A stretch of DNA of 64,000 bases, taken from assembly GCF_009914755.1 (NCBI RefSeq), contig NC_060926.1. The stretch is one strand, 5' to 3'. Under the pieces are notes generated by a model. The model saw nothing but the letters and a program-made list of their open reading frames with translations, had not been told where the DNA came from and searched no databases. Positions 24,733 to 39,299 of this stretch are shown piece after piece (within the stretch, counting starts at the first letter, position 1; each line of letters begins with the position of its first letter). The position numbers were made by a program, and so were the translations under genes. The stretch comes from the human T2T-CHM13v2.0 reference genome, Homo sapiens.

Positions 24733-27700
24733 GGGGATGATGATCTTATTGGAGAGATGAAACATGAATTCAGGAAGATTTGTTAGGCCTCCATAAGGAA
24801 GTGGTATGATGTGGTGGAAATAATTAAGGTTGGGGGTTTGGCGGGGAGAGAAAGAGCGAGAGAGATCTGTCATCTGAGCTCTTGTCTGTTTCTTTCACCA
24901 ACTCTCTTTCTTATTTAGGAAACTCAAATGTCCCCTAAGGTCATAGTTATACTTTTATCTGTTTCTGTGCAGTGGGTTTCTTGATGATTTCATTTGAACC
25001 AAAGTTTGCTGCTGCCTCTGAAAAATAGGGTTTAAAAAACACTCAACAATTATTTTGTTAAATAAGCTTTCTGTGCCCCTCTCGGTCTCTCTCCCTTTGA
25101 AATACTCACAGTGTGAAGATTTGTTTACTTAATGATGTCCCATAAGTCCTGTAGGCTTACTATTTTACTTTCTATATACCTTCCATAGCATTATGTTGTA
25201 AACATGTATTTTATACAAACAAACGAACCCACTCAATTGCTAATATCCTTTTAGTTTGAATGGTCCACTCTTTTATGAGATGTCTCAAGAGAGCAAGTTT
25301 CATTTAGTCTTTCCTGACCATAGCATGAGATGTCATACGTCCTTAGCACAAGCCACATATTTGCTAAGTGCTAAATAAGCAGCTAGCTTCTTTCTTTCCT
25401 CCCTTTTTCCTCCTGCCAACTTTTGCCTTTTCCTTTTCTCTCTCACTTCTTCAGGCCTCCCTTTGATAGTATGGCAGAGCTCATCAGGATCTTTTGGTTT
25501 CAACTTAAAATCCAAGAAATTCCACCTCTGACCTGCAGATAGTGGCTCTAGGCAAAGCCAAAGCAAAATTAACCATGACGCCTTGAGTTTGGCCAAATTG
25601 AATTATTTGGCTCTGCCAGTATCCAGGAAGCTTCAATCTCCACTTACCACTGAAGGTCCTCATGAGCACATGAGTGAAGTGTGTCTTGGAATAAGTCCTA
25701 TCTCCTGGACATTTTGGCTTCTGTGGCTGGTGTCCTGAGTTGGCCTCCCTGGGACCGGCACTTTTACTCTTTCTCTTTCGGCCTCTGGTCTGAACTAGTC
25801 TGGGCTGCTTGGATTGAAGTGACTCCTCCAATTTCCCCCATAAATGTGGCCTGTTGTTATGAGCTGGTTATTCAGCCCTTTGAATACGGCACAAATGTTT
25901 TTCATCAGTTATAACAGTGAAACCCTGGCCATTGGAAAGGTAATAAAATCTCTGACCCAGGGAAAGAATGTTTCGCACATACCTAGCAACCAGAGCGAAC
26001 TCATAAAACGTTCATTCCAAGGCAACACCATTCATCTTTGCGTATCTCCCTGTGACTGCTGCCATAAAACTTCACTCTAGAGTAGACGTCCCTACAGCTT
26101 TATAGGGATGAAACTTCCAGAACTCTTCACTTAAAATGCACGTCGTTTAAAGATTCTCTTCTTTTGGAAACCATCATTTGTCCCCCCATTTTTCCATCTC
26201 TCACTTGCCAGGCTACCAGATCTTTCCTCCTTGTCCTTTATCTCCTATTCATTCTCATCAGGCTGTAAGGAGGAATCCTGAAAAGAGGCCAGTTGGAACC
26301 GCGTCCAGCAGATCTCAGGGCAGAGGCAACTGATCTCGTGATAGCTAAGAAGCTGTGGACTGTGTAAATTGAATATTTAATAAATATATTAGGGCTTTGA
26401 AATGTAATGTGCTTGATTTAGTAAAAAATGTGCTGAGCTTAGAAACCAGGGAAGAAAGAATCACCTACGAGGCACATATCACCTTTTCAAGTCTCCTCCT
26501 GCCACCTTGATGAGGATACACCAATGCATACATATTTTCTCCAGTTTACTATAAAACTGAAGAGTTTTCTGCCTCCTAGTAGGAAAGATATCAAGACTAC
26601 TTATTACGTAGAACACTCATCTCGAATGAGAGAAAGCCTGATGGCCAAGGTTTTGAAAAGTCTCTTCAAAGAAAATGCACTGAAGAAGAAAGGCACCAGT
26701 AATATTTTAAATTAACTTCAAACATGAGACGTTTCAGAGAGGAATATTTTTAGGAGGAAATAATACTTTGATATTTCATTGTAAAAAAATAATTGCTAGT
26801 TGATTGTTTTCCTGAGCAAGTGTTTCTCCTCTGCATGGCTTTCTAATTTTTGCCTTTTTTGAGAAGGTGACTGGGCCTGTACAGACATGCAAGGCAAAGG
26901 GCAGTTTCTGACAATGACCCTAAAGTAGGTGTATGGTTACGGCCATTATCCAACCCAAAGAAAACATGTGGCTCCTGCCCTATCAGGGATGATGGCACAG
27001 AGTATGTAACCATGCCCAGAGGCACCTTGGCATCCCTTCCTTTAAATCTCTATAAACATCCCTTTATTTTAGTGAAGTGATGCCAAAGAAAACTCATTAG
27101 AGAAAAAGTTTTAATTTTGATAAAGTCCAGTATATCATTTTTTTTTCTTTTATAGATTGTGCTTTTGATATGTATCTTTCCCTAGCTCCAGGGCACAAAG
27201 ATTTTCTTTTATGTTACTTCTAAAAGTTTTACAATTTTTGATTTTATGTTTAAGTTAATATATTTGAGTTAATTTTTTACAAGGTGTGAGGTTTAGGTCA
27301 ATATTCATATTTGCATATAGATTATCCAGTTGTTCTAGCACCATCTACCAAAAAGACTACCCTTTCTTGATTGAATTGTTTTTTCACCTTTGTCTAAAAT
27401 TAGATGACTATATTTGTGCATCAATTTGTGGTCTCTTTATTTTATCCCATCGATCTAAGTGTCTCCTCTTTCACTCATACCACACTATCATAATTACCAT
27501 ACTTTTGTAATGAGCCTTAAAATTGGGTAGTGTAATCATTTCAACTTTATACTTTTAAAAAAAAACAGTTTTAGCTTTGCTCGTTCCTTCGCCTTTTCAT
27601 ATAAATTTTAGAATCAACTTGTCTGTATCTACAAACAAGTTCTGGGATTTTGACTGATACTTTGTTAAATCTGTAGATCAATTCTGAGACAACTGTTGTC

Positions 27701-27815
27701 TTTACTACACCGAGTCTTCCAAACCATGAACACAGGATGTCTCCCCATTTATTTGTGTCTTTTTTGATTTTTTTCATTAGAATTTTGTAGTTTTTAGCAT
27801 ACAGATCCTATAGGT

Positions 27816-28016
27816 CAGGAGTTTGCAAATTATGACCTAGCAGTTAAATCTGGTCTGTGGCCTATTTTGTGGGACTAGTGAGTTAAGAAGTTTCTAAAAA
27901 TCCTCAAAATAAAACAAAACAGAACAAAAACAAAGAACATTCAATAGAGATCATAGCAGCCTGCAAAGTCTAAAAAGTTTACTATGTGCTCCTTGCAGAA
28001 AGTTTGCAGACTCCTA
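27816..28016. mobile_element. MER58A-like hAT element
   Basis: caggagtttgcaaattatgacc...gcctgcaaagtctaaaaagtttacta...agtttgcagactcct. Confidence 0.8.
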
Positions 28017-28025
28017 TTGCAGATG

Positions 28026-28081
28026 ACTTGTTAGGTTTATATCTAAGTATTTAACTTGTTAGGTTTATATCTAAGTATTTA
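28026..28081. repeat. Perfect 28 bp tandem duplication
   Basis: acttgttaggtttatatctaagtattta x2. Confidence 0.95.
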
Positions 28082-28662
28082 ATTGGGGGGGCAGCTATTA
28101 TAAACTTAAAAAAACTTTAGTTTCCAATTGTTCATGAGTAGTATACAGGAATCTGATTGATTTTTGTGTGTTGGCTTTGTGTCCTGTGGCCTTGCTAAAT
28201 GCACTTACTAGGTCTAGAAGTTTTTTAGTGTAGAAAATTATTTCTTATGAAAATAAGTGCAGTTTTATTTCTTTCTTTCCCATATGTAGGCCTTTTGCTT
28301 CTTTTTCCTGCCTCAGTTCACTGGCAAGCACTTACAGTGTGATGTTGAACACTAGTGAGGATGGACACCTTTGCCTTGTTCCTGATCTTTGGGAGAAATT
28401 ACTCAGTTTTCACTGTTAACTGTGATGTGAACTGCAGGTTTCTTGTAGATATCCTTTCTCCGGTTAAGAAAGTTTCCTTTTATTTCTAGTTGCTGAGAAT
28501 TTCTATTATGAATAGATACTAAGTTTTGTCATATGCCTTTTCTGCACCAACTATATAATCATTTGGTTTTTCTTCTTTAGACTGTTAGATGATTACTTAT
28601 TGAACAAGCTTTGCATTCATAAAATAAACCCCACTTGGTCATGGTGTTTTTTTTGTGGTAGA

Positions 28663-28975
<313 letters not shown>

Positions 28976-29460
28976 GATTTGTTAATATTTTGATGAGGAT
29001 TTCTGTGTCTATGTTCAAGAGGATTATTGGTCAGCAGTTTTCTTTTCTAATCCTGCCTTCATCTGATTTGACTATCAGGGTAACGCTGACCTCAGAAAGC
29101 GAGGTATGAGGCATTCTGTCTTCTGTTTTCTGGAAGACAGTGTGTAGAACTGTTGTTTCTTCTCTAAACGTTTTTTTAAAATTTATAAGGGACATCTTTT
29201 GGGGCAGGATTTTCCTTTTATGGAATGTCTTAAACTGTGAATTTGATTAATGTAAGAGGAAAAGAATCATCGCTTACACTTACCCAGATCTCTTACCCCT
29301 AAGACTCTTTTACAAAGAACTAAGATACCTTCCTGAAAGCTAAATTATAAAACCAACATAAGGAGATCAGAAGAGGGTGATGCATAATCACTTCTAACAG
29401 AAAAATGTTTCTTGGGTCTAAAAGACTTGAAGTAACTCAATTGAACGTGTTAGCCTTCCC

Positions 29461-29636
29461 TTTTTTTTTTTTTTTTTGAGGCAGAGTCTTGCTCTGTGGC
29501 ACGAACTGGGCTCACTGCAACCTCTGCCTCCCAGGTTCAAGTGATTCTCCTGCCTCAGCCTCCTGAGCAGCTGGGATTACAGGCATGCACCACCTGCCTC
29601 GGCCTCCCAAAGTGCTGGGATTACAGGTATAAGCCA
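29461..29636 (-). mobile_element. Internally deleted Alu
   Basis: ~175 bp; TSD gtgttagcctt at 29447 and 29638. Confidence 0.9.
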
Positions 29637-29970
29637 TGTGTTAGCCTTTCTAAGAGAAGGCAAGAGGCCATAGAAAGGACCCAAAGAAGCAGATGAGCTG
29701 TGGAGACAAACTTCACCAGTGCTGTGGGAGGACAAACTTGTCTTGGATGCTTTGAAAGAGGTGTTCCATTGAATTCTCTTGTTCTGATTCCATGTTCACC
29801 AGTAGACCTTCGGATCATAATTTGGCTTCCCGTGTGCTTTCAAGTGAACAGTGGAAATGCTGTCGACCTTGAGGTTGTATCACAATCTAGTCCTTATTTA
29901 AAAAGTTTATATTCTGGCTTTTCCCCAGTTTAGTGAGCTTGGGGAATGTGATTTCACCCTAAGAAACTGA

Positions 29971-30368
<398 letters not shown>

Positions 30369-30489
30369 AGATTATAGTACATTTTTGAAGTGAATATTAC
30401 TCTATGTTTACTCTTCTCACCCTTGGACACAATCATATACTGCTCAGCTTTGTCTGGGACCAACCTTTTTCCTTACTCTATTAAACTTC

Positions 30490-30625
30490 TCTAGGTAGCA
30501 TTAACATCACTTTTCAGATGGAGAAAAAATGCTTAGGGAAGTTAAATGATTCCTTAAAAATCACTGTGCTATAGTGAAGAAGATTTAGAATCCAAGTCTG
30601 CCTGAATTCACACCTCATGCAGTTT
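30490..30625 (-). mobile_element. MIR
   Basis: 'cacttttcagatggagaaaaaatgcttagggaagttaaatga'. Confidence 0.6.
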
Positions 30626-31299
30626 CTCTGTTAATTTAATTTCTTTCCTGTTCGGGCCCAGTATTTCTCTTACTATAGCCTTATATTACTTACATTAAAT
30701 ATTCAGTAGTTAGTGTGCTGCCTCCAGATGTATTTCCTTACAAATAAATACTTCTGTAGAGGAAAGAGCAATTGCCATATTTGTGACCACGAGCAAGACT
30801 GTGTCACCAGGTATAAGAAGGTAATGCCCAGGGCATGAGAATGAAAGGCATTTTCAGATGAGTGTGCAAAGTGCAGTGTTTGGAGCATAGTAGACACTCA
30901 GTCACTCCTAGTTCTTTTCTTTACGGGGACAGTGGTGTAGGGAGATAAAGGACATAAGCCAAGGGTTCTCTGGGGGTGAAAACCACAGGGACGACTTGCT
31001 GCCTAAAAGCTGCTTGGAAATCATCCATCTCCCATGAGCTGTTTCTCCCTTCGAGTGAGAGGGCCAGCCCAGACAGATAAGAAGCAGCAATCTGTAAAAA
31101 CCATCTGCAAGTGCCGACAGGACTTTGGCAAGGAGGCAGGCTGGGATCTGTTCTTACTAATCTGTAAATCCAGCTTTCAAAACGGATCCCCAGGAGGCCT
31201 GGGGGTGGCTTAGAATATTCTGTGGGTCAATTTCAGGAATAAATGAAAGAGTATGTTGACGGGCAGGAGGATATGTCAGCTGGAACCACTTCAAGGGAC

Positions 31300-31600
31300 A
31301 TTGTTTGGGTCTCAGCTCAAATGTTACCTCTTCAAGAAAGCTTTACTTGACAGGTGACCATCCCTGAATGACGTTTCCCTATTTATATATTTTATAGATC
31401 AGCCATCTGAATGCTATTTAGATGGTCAAATCCCTTCCTAGCTGGGATATAAGCTTCATTTGGGTACGGTCCTTGCTTGTCTTTTGTTGCTCCACTGCAG
31501 TTGCCTAGAAGAGAGTCTGGCACGTGGAAGGTTCTCCATGAATATTTATTTGTTGCCGGATTTAATGAATAAATGAATAAGTAACTGAATTAATGAATGG
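31300..31600 (+). mobile_element. L2 3' end
   Basis: 'tctcagctcaaatgttacctcttc' and (tgaa)n-type tail. Confidence 0.75.
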
Positions 31601-31629
31601 GCAGAGAAGGTGGTGAGGATTAATGAGAA

Positions 31630-31860
31630 ACCATGGTGAGTAGAAGGAGCCAGTGTTTGGAAGTATACAGATGGGATCCCAATCTTGATGCTAAACTAAC
31701 TGGATGTATGACCTTAACCGTTCTGACTTTCAGTTTCTGGTCTATAAACCTGTGTTTCATAGAATTATAAGGATTAAATGGCAAAACAATCCAGGTTCCC
31801 TACCATCTGCAAAGTGATTGGCATACAGGCTGACATGTAGGAGCAGTAATCAATATTCAT
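31630..31860 (+). mobile_element. MIR
   Basis: 'tcatagaattataaggattaaatg'. Confidence 0.55.
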
Positions 31861-33294
31861 GTCACTGACTTCTCTCCAAATACGTAAGCTCCCAGAGCTA
31901 CACGTATACCTTGTGATAGGTAAGATTGAATTCAATATTCAGTTTTAGTGTCAAATGCTAAGCACAGATGATCTGGAGATAAAGTTCAGAATCTGCCCTC
32001 AAAATGCTCATAGTACCAGCTGCTTAGAAACATACAAGTCAAGTTTGTTCTGAGCAAGGAATATGGGGTGGCATCTCCCTCATTTCTTTTATGATGTTTA
32101 AAATGGATATATAATATTTGTGCATATTTATGGGGTACATGTGATATTTTGTGACATGCACAGAATGTGTAATAATCATGTCAGGGTATTTAGGGCACCC
32201 AACACCTCAAGTATTTATGGTTTTTATGTTTTGGGAACATTTGATTTGAAGTTCTCTCTTCTAGCTATATACAGTACATCGTTGCTATCCATAGTCACCC
32301 TACTCTGCTATCTAACATTAGAACTTATTCCTTTTATTGAACTGTATGTTTGTGTCCGTTCATCAACCTCTCTTCATCACCACACCCCACATATATTAGC
32401 TACTGTGAACAGCGCTGTGATAAACATGGGCGTGCAGGTATCCTTTTGATATACTGATTTCTTTTCCTTTGGATAAATACCCAGTAATGGGATGGTTGGA
32501 TTGTATAGTTTTTTGTTTGTTTGTTTTTTGTTTTTTTAGCTTTTTGAGAAATCTCCACACTGTTTTCCATTGTGGCTGTACTAATTTACATCCCCATAAA
32601 CAGTGTATGAGAGTCATTTTCCTCCCACATCCTTGCCAACATCTGTTTTTTTGTTTTGTTTTGTTGTTTTTTTTAATCTCTTCCATAATAGCCACTTTAG
32701 CTGGGGTGAGATAATATCTCATTGTGGTTCTGATTTGCATTTCCCTGACTATTAATGATGGTTAGCATTTTTTCATATACCTGTTGGCCATTTGTATGTC
32801 ATCTTTTGAGACATGTCTATTCATGTCCTTTGCCCACATTTCAACGGGATTATTATTATTATTGCACTGAGTTATTTGAGTTCCTTGAGTATTTTCTAGA
32901 TATTAGCCCCTTGTGAGATTAATAGTTTGCAAGTATTTTCTTCCATTCATCAGGTTATCTCTTCATTCTGTTGGTTGTTTTCTTTGCTATGCAAAAGCTT
33001 TTTAGGTTAAGTCTCTTTTGTCTATTTTTGTGCTGTTGAGGTCTTATCCTCAACATCTTTGCCTAGACAAATGTTCTGAAGTGTTTCCCTGATGTAGTAG
33101 TTTTATATTTTCAGGTCTTATGTTTAAGTCTTTGATCCATCTTGAGCTGGTTTTTGTATTAATATATGGTATGAGATCTACAGTGAACCTAGGGGTCCAG
33201 GTTCATGCTTCTGCATTAGAGCTTCATGGAGCTCTAATTTTCCCAGCACCATTTATAGAAGAGGATGTCCTTTCCCAGTGTATATTCTTGGCAC

Positions 33295-33750
33295 CATGAA
33301 AGGAAAACAAGTCTTGGGACCCCAAAATCACTAAGCTAAAGAGAAAAGGCAAGCTGGGAACTGCTTAGGGCAAACCTGCCTTTCCTTCTATTCAAAGTCA
33401 TCCCTCTTCTTACTGAGATGAATGCATATCCAATTGCCTCCTTTAGAAAGGAGGCAACCATTTGTCTCTTATCTACCTATGACCTGGAAGCCCCCTCCCC
33501 AGTTTGAGTTGTCCTGCCTTTGCTTAGAGTTGTCCTGCCTTTTCTGACTGAACCAGTGGTCATCTTACATATATTGATTGATGTCTCTTATTTCCCTAAA
33601 ATGTGTAAAACTGAGCTGTCCCCCAGCCACCTTGGGCACATATCATCAGGACCTCCTGAGGCTGGGTCACAGGCATGCATCCTTAACCTTACCTTGGCAA
33701 AATAACTTTCTAAACTGACTGGGACCTGTCTCAGATGTTTGGGGCTCATA
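33295..33750 (+). mobile_element. MER4A-like ERV1 solo LTR
   Basis: 'tgaaaggaaaacaagtcttgggaccccaaaatcactaagctaaag'. Confidence 0.8.
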
Positions 33751-36700
33751 GAGCCTTTGTAAAAACTCTATGGCTGTAAATATGTGGATTTATTTCTGTG
33801 TGCTCTATTGTATTCCACTTGTCTATGCTCCCCTTTTTATACCAATACCATGCTGCTTTGATTATTATAACCTTGTAATATATTTTGAAATCAGGTAGTA
33901 TGATGCCTCCAGCTTTGTTCTTTTTGCTCAGGATTGCTTTGACTATTCAGCTTCTTTTTTGGTTCTATACACATTTTAGTATGGTTTTTTTTTTGTATTT
34001 CTGTGAAAATTGACACTGGTATTTCAATAGGGATTGCATTGAATATGTAAATTGCCTTGAGTAGTATGGTCATTTTAATGATGTCAAGTCTCCCAATCCA
34101 TGAGCATGTGACGTCTTTCCATTTCTTTGTGTCGTCTTCAATTTCTTTCATCAGAGTTTTATAGTTTTCCTCTTAGAGGTCTTCCACCTCCTTAGTTAAA
34201 AATATTTCTGTATATTTTATTTATTTTTTTAGTTAGTATAGACGGGATTGCCTTCTTGATTTCTTTCTCAGCTAGTTCATTATTGGTATATAAAAACACT
34301 ACTAATTTTTGTATGTTGACTCTGTATCCTGTAACTTTACTGAATTTATCAGACATAAGAGCTTTAGGTTTTTCTAAATATAAAATCATGTCATCTGCAA
34401 AGTGAGACAATTTTACTTCCTCTTTTCCAATTTGGATGCCTTTTATTTTTTTTCTCTTGCTTGATTGCTCTGGTTAGGACTTCCAGTACTATGTTGAATA
34501 GGAGTGGTGAAAGTGGGCATCCTTGTCTTATTCCAGTTCTTAGAGGAAAGGCTTTCAGCTTTTACCTATTTGGTATAATGTTAGTGGTAGGTTTGTCATA
34601 TATGGCTTTTATTATGTTGAGGTATGTCCCTTCTACATCTAGATTCTTGATAGTTTTGTATCTATTGAGATAATCATATGGGTTTTTTCCTTGATACTGT
34701 TGATGTGATGTATCACAGTTATTGATTAGTATATGTATTCTTGCATCCCTGAGATAAATTGCACTTGATCATGGTGTATTACCTTTTTCTGTACTGTTGA
34801 ATTTGGTTTGCTAATATTTTGGGGAGATTTTTGTGTCCATACTCATCAGGGATATTGGCCTGTAGCTTTTTTTTGATTTGCTGCATCCTAGTCTGTTTTG
34901 CTATTAGGGTAATGCTGGTCTTGTGGAATGTGTTAGGAGGAATGCCTTCCTCTTCAATTTGTTGAAATAGCTTGAGGAGGATTGGTATTATTCCTTCTTT
35001 GTGTGTTTGGCAGAATTCAGCAGCGAAGCCAACCAATCTTACACTTTTCTTTGTTGGAAGACTTTTTATTACTGATTCAATCTCATTATTCATTATTGTT
35101 CTGCTCAAGTTTTCTATTTTTTTTTTTCCTGATTCAATCTTGGTAGGTTGCATGTGTACAGGAATTTATTTAGGTCCTCTACATTTTCCAGTTTGTTAGT
35201 AGATAGTTGTTCATAATAGTCCCTGATCATCTTTTATATTTCTGTGGTATCTGTTGTCATGTCTCCTTTTTTGTTTCTGATTTTATTTATTTGGGCTTTC
35301 TCTTTTTTATTTTTTGTTAGTCTAACTAGCAGTTTATTGATTTTGTTTATCTTTTCAAAATGCCAACTTTTCATTACATTGATCATTTGTATTATTTTCT
35401 TAGTCTCTATTTCATTTAATTCTGCTCTGATCTTTATTTCTTTTTTTCCACTAATTTTGGGTTTGGTTTATTCCTGCCTTTTTAGTTCCTTGAGGTACAT
35501 CATTAACTTGCTTATTTGAAATATTTCTACCTTTTTTGACGTAGGGATTTATTGCTATAAACCTCTCTCATCACTGCTTTTGCTGTATCCCATAGGTTTT
35601 GGTATGTTGTGTTTGGATTTTCATGTTTCAAAAAACATTTTTTTTCTCTTCTTAATGTCCTCCTTGACATGATGGTCATTTAGGAGCATGTTGTTTAGTT
35701 TAAATGTATTTGCACAGTTTCCAAAGTTCCTGTTGTTATTGGTTTCTAGTTTTATTCTATTGTGGTCTGAGAGAATACTTAATATGACTTAGATTTCTAA
35801 AAATTTATTGAGACTCATTTTGTGTCATAACATATGATGTATTCTGAAGAATTTTCCATGTGTTAATGAGAAGATTGTGTGTTCTATATTTGTTGGATGA
35901 AATGTTCTGTAAGTGTCTGTTAGGTCCATTTATTCTAATGTGCTTTTTAAATCCAATGTTTCTTTGTTAATTTTCTGTCTAGATGATCTGTCTATGCTAA
36001 GAGTCAGTATTGAAGTCCTCAACTAATACTGTATTGGAGTCTATCTCTACCCTTAGATCTAATAATATTTGCTTTACATATCTAGGTGCTCCAGTGTTGT
36101 GTGATATATGTTTATAATTGTTCCATCCTCTTAATCAATTGATTCCTTTATTATTATATAGTGAACTTCTTTGTCTCTTTTTACTGTTTTTGACCTAAAC
36201 TCTGTGTTATCTAAGTATAGAAACTCCTGCTTGCTTTTGGTTTCTCTCTGGAACATATTTTCCCATTTCTTTACTTTTATAAAGTCTATATGTGTCTTTA
36301 CAGGTGTGATGAGTTTCTTGTAAGCAGCATGTAGTTGGGTCATTTAAAAAATTGATTCCGTTAGTCTGTGTATTTTATGTAGAAAGTTTAGTCCATTTAC
36401 ATTGAAGATTATTAATATATGCAGGCTTATTCCAGTCGTTTTATTAATTGATTTCTGGTTGTTCTGTAGATTCTTTGTTCCTTTTTCTCTTATTGTTTGT
36501 CACTGTGGCTTGGTGGTTCCTGTTGAGTCCTTTCTCTTCCTTGTTTGTGTGTTTGTTCTACCTGTGGGTGTTACACTTTTGTGTGTCTTCATGATGGTAG
36601 AAATCATCCTTTTGCTTTTAGCTGTAGGACTCCCTCAAGCATTTCTTATTTGTTCGGGTTAGTAGTGATAAATTCCCTCAGCTTTTACTTGTCTGGGGAA

Positions 36701-36861
36701 GATTTCATTTTTTCTTTGTTTATGAAAGATAGCTTTGCTGGATATAGTATCCTTGACTGGCAGTTTTTACTTTCCACTTTTTGAATATATCATCCCATTC
36801 TCTAAGTTTTCTGCTGAGAAGTGTGCTGTTAGTATATGGGGGGTTCTCTCATAAGTGATGA

Positions 36862-37222
<361 letters not shown>

Positions 37223-38679
37223 TAAAATTCTCTCTTTGACTTCTGACAGCTTGACTGTAATGTGTGGTAGGGAAGACCTTTTTGAATTGTATTTGTTTGG
37301 GAATATCTGAGCTTTTTGTATTTGTATGTCTAAATCCCTGGCTAGACTTGTGAGATTTTCAGCTACCATTTTGTTTAATAGATTGTTTTCTCTTTGCCTC
37401 CTGGCAAATTACATTGTTAATTTCACTGGGTCAGTGAAAATGTGAATATTTGGTTACTTTATGGTGTTCTATATGTCATGTAGACTTTGTTCATTCTTTT
37501 TAAAAATTTTTATCTGACTGGGTTATTTCTATAAACTTTTCAAGCTCTAAAATTCTTTCTTCAGCTTTATCTAGTCTACGGTTGAAGTTTTCAAATGTAT
37601 TTTGTATTTTATTCAATTAATTCTCCAGTTCCAGAATTTCTGTTAGGTTCCTTTTATGATATCTCTTTGGTAAATTTCTTATTAATTCCTGAATTGTTTT
37701 TCTGATATCTTTGTATTGTTTTTATGAGTTCTTTTGTATGTCACTGAGCTTCTTTAATAGCATTATTTTCATTCTTTGTCTGGAATTTCATAATTTTTTT
37801 TCATTGGAATCTGTTACTAGATAATTAATTCTGTTCCACTGAAGATGTCATATTCTCATACTTTTTTATGTTTCTTACATTCTTACATTGACATCTGAAC
37901 ATCTGGTGCAACCATCACCTCTTTCATTTTTTTTTTTTTTGAATTTCTTTTTGGAGGAGAGGACTTTTCCCTGAAAATGTGTTTATGGTTTTGTTACAGT
38001 GGGGCACCCTGGCTTTGATTGTGGGTTTGTGAAGTAGTGTAGTCTCTGTGTGATTTCTTTGGTTGTAAACAGTGTCACTAGTGTCTGTGACTTCCTCAGT
38101 GGCTGAGGGTATGGTTGTTAGTAGAGGCAGGCTGTGGTGAAGTTTTGCTGTAGACAGGGACATTTGGTTGGCCAGTTCTCAGTACCCAGCATTGGCAGCT
38201 GCAGGTGGGGGATGTCAGTGGGACTCCAGGGATGTGTAGATGGATGCAGGGGCTGTTGGGCCTTAGGGCATGATGCAGTTTGGTGGGGGCTGGGTTCTCA
38301 AAATAGTACCTTGCTGTAGCTGCTAAGGACTCAAGGGGTGTGCAAGACCCAGCATGAGCTCCCTCTCTGGAGCAATGCCATTGCATGGTCTCTAAGCAGC
38401 CTCTCTCTGTTAGTCTCAGAGCCTGTGTGGGTAGAGGGGCTCTCCTGTGGCTAGGATTACAGGAGTCTGTGGTGGGAATGTAGACCTCTGGGGCTACTCA
38501 CTTACCTTTTCCTTGCATTGGGGAGCTTCTCCGTGCTTTCTGCCAATTCAGGCAGAACAGGGTGCCTTGCTTCCTTCTCCTCCCAGGTTTTAGGTATTTC
38601 CTGCCACTTCTCTGTTGAATTCCAGCATTCTCTCTTAAGTGATCTATTTGAAGTGTCTCCCTCATTTGTTAATACAAGC

Positions 38680-38890
38680 ACCTACTGTGTATCTTATATC
38701 ATTGTTTTATTTAATTTTATCTTCAAACAAACCCTAAGAATTAGCTACTATTATTTTCATTTTACAAATGAAGGAATTGAAACTCAGAGACGTAAAGTAA
38801 CTTGTTCAAATTACACTGTTAATGAGCAGTGGATCATTGGCTGGACACTAGTTTTCATCCAGTGTCAAAGTCTACTCTATTTTCATTGTA
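38680..38890 (-). mobile_element. MIR
   Basis: 'ttttcattttacaaatgaaggaattgaaactcagagacgtaaagtaacttg'. Confidence 0.75.
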
Positions 38891-39299
38891 CTTCATGCCT
38901 GCTCATTTTTAACAACTCCACCAGAGACTTTAGAGACCATTTCTCTTTTTTATTTACCTATTTGCATAGGCAATGTGTATTCTCCTTATTTGAATTCAGT
39001 CTTTCTCCCTGGAGTTCACTAAGAGTTTAATATATGTCTGCTTTCATTTAGGCTGTTGGCTGTGACTGCTTGGCTTATTTCATTTATTGTAAAGGATGTA
39101 CACATTTTATGTATTATGCTCCAGGGCAGCTTAGTGAATCATTCTGTGATTCAAAATATCAAACTAGTGGTTTTTTGAACTGCAGCCATCATTTGGTCCA
39201 ATCATAGAAGTTTAGCCATTTGGAAGTTTTCTCTGATAACCATTTTGTTTCAAGGTGACAAGTCACAAACTGAACTGAAAAATAATAACACAAACGTTG

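Noticed and set aside
38518-39030. 170 aa ORF
   Set aside because: Spans the L1 5' UTR and a MIR; non-ATG start; no protein-like features
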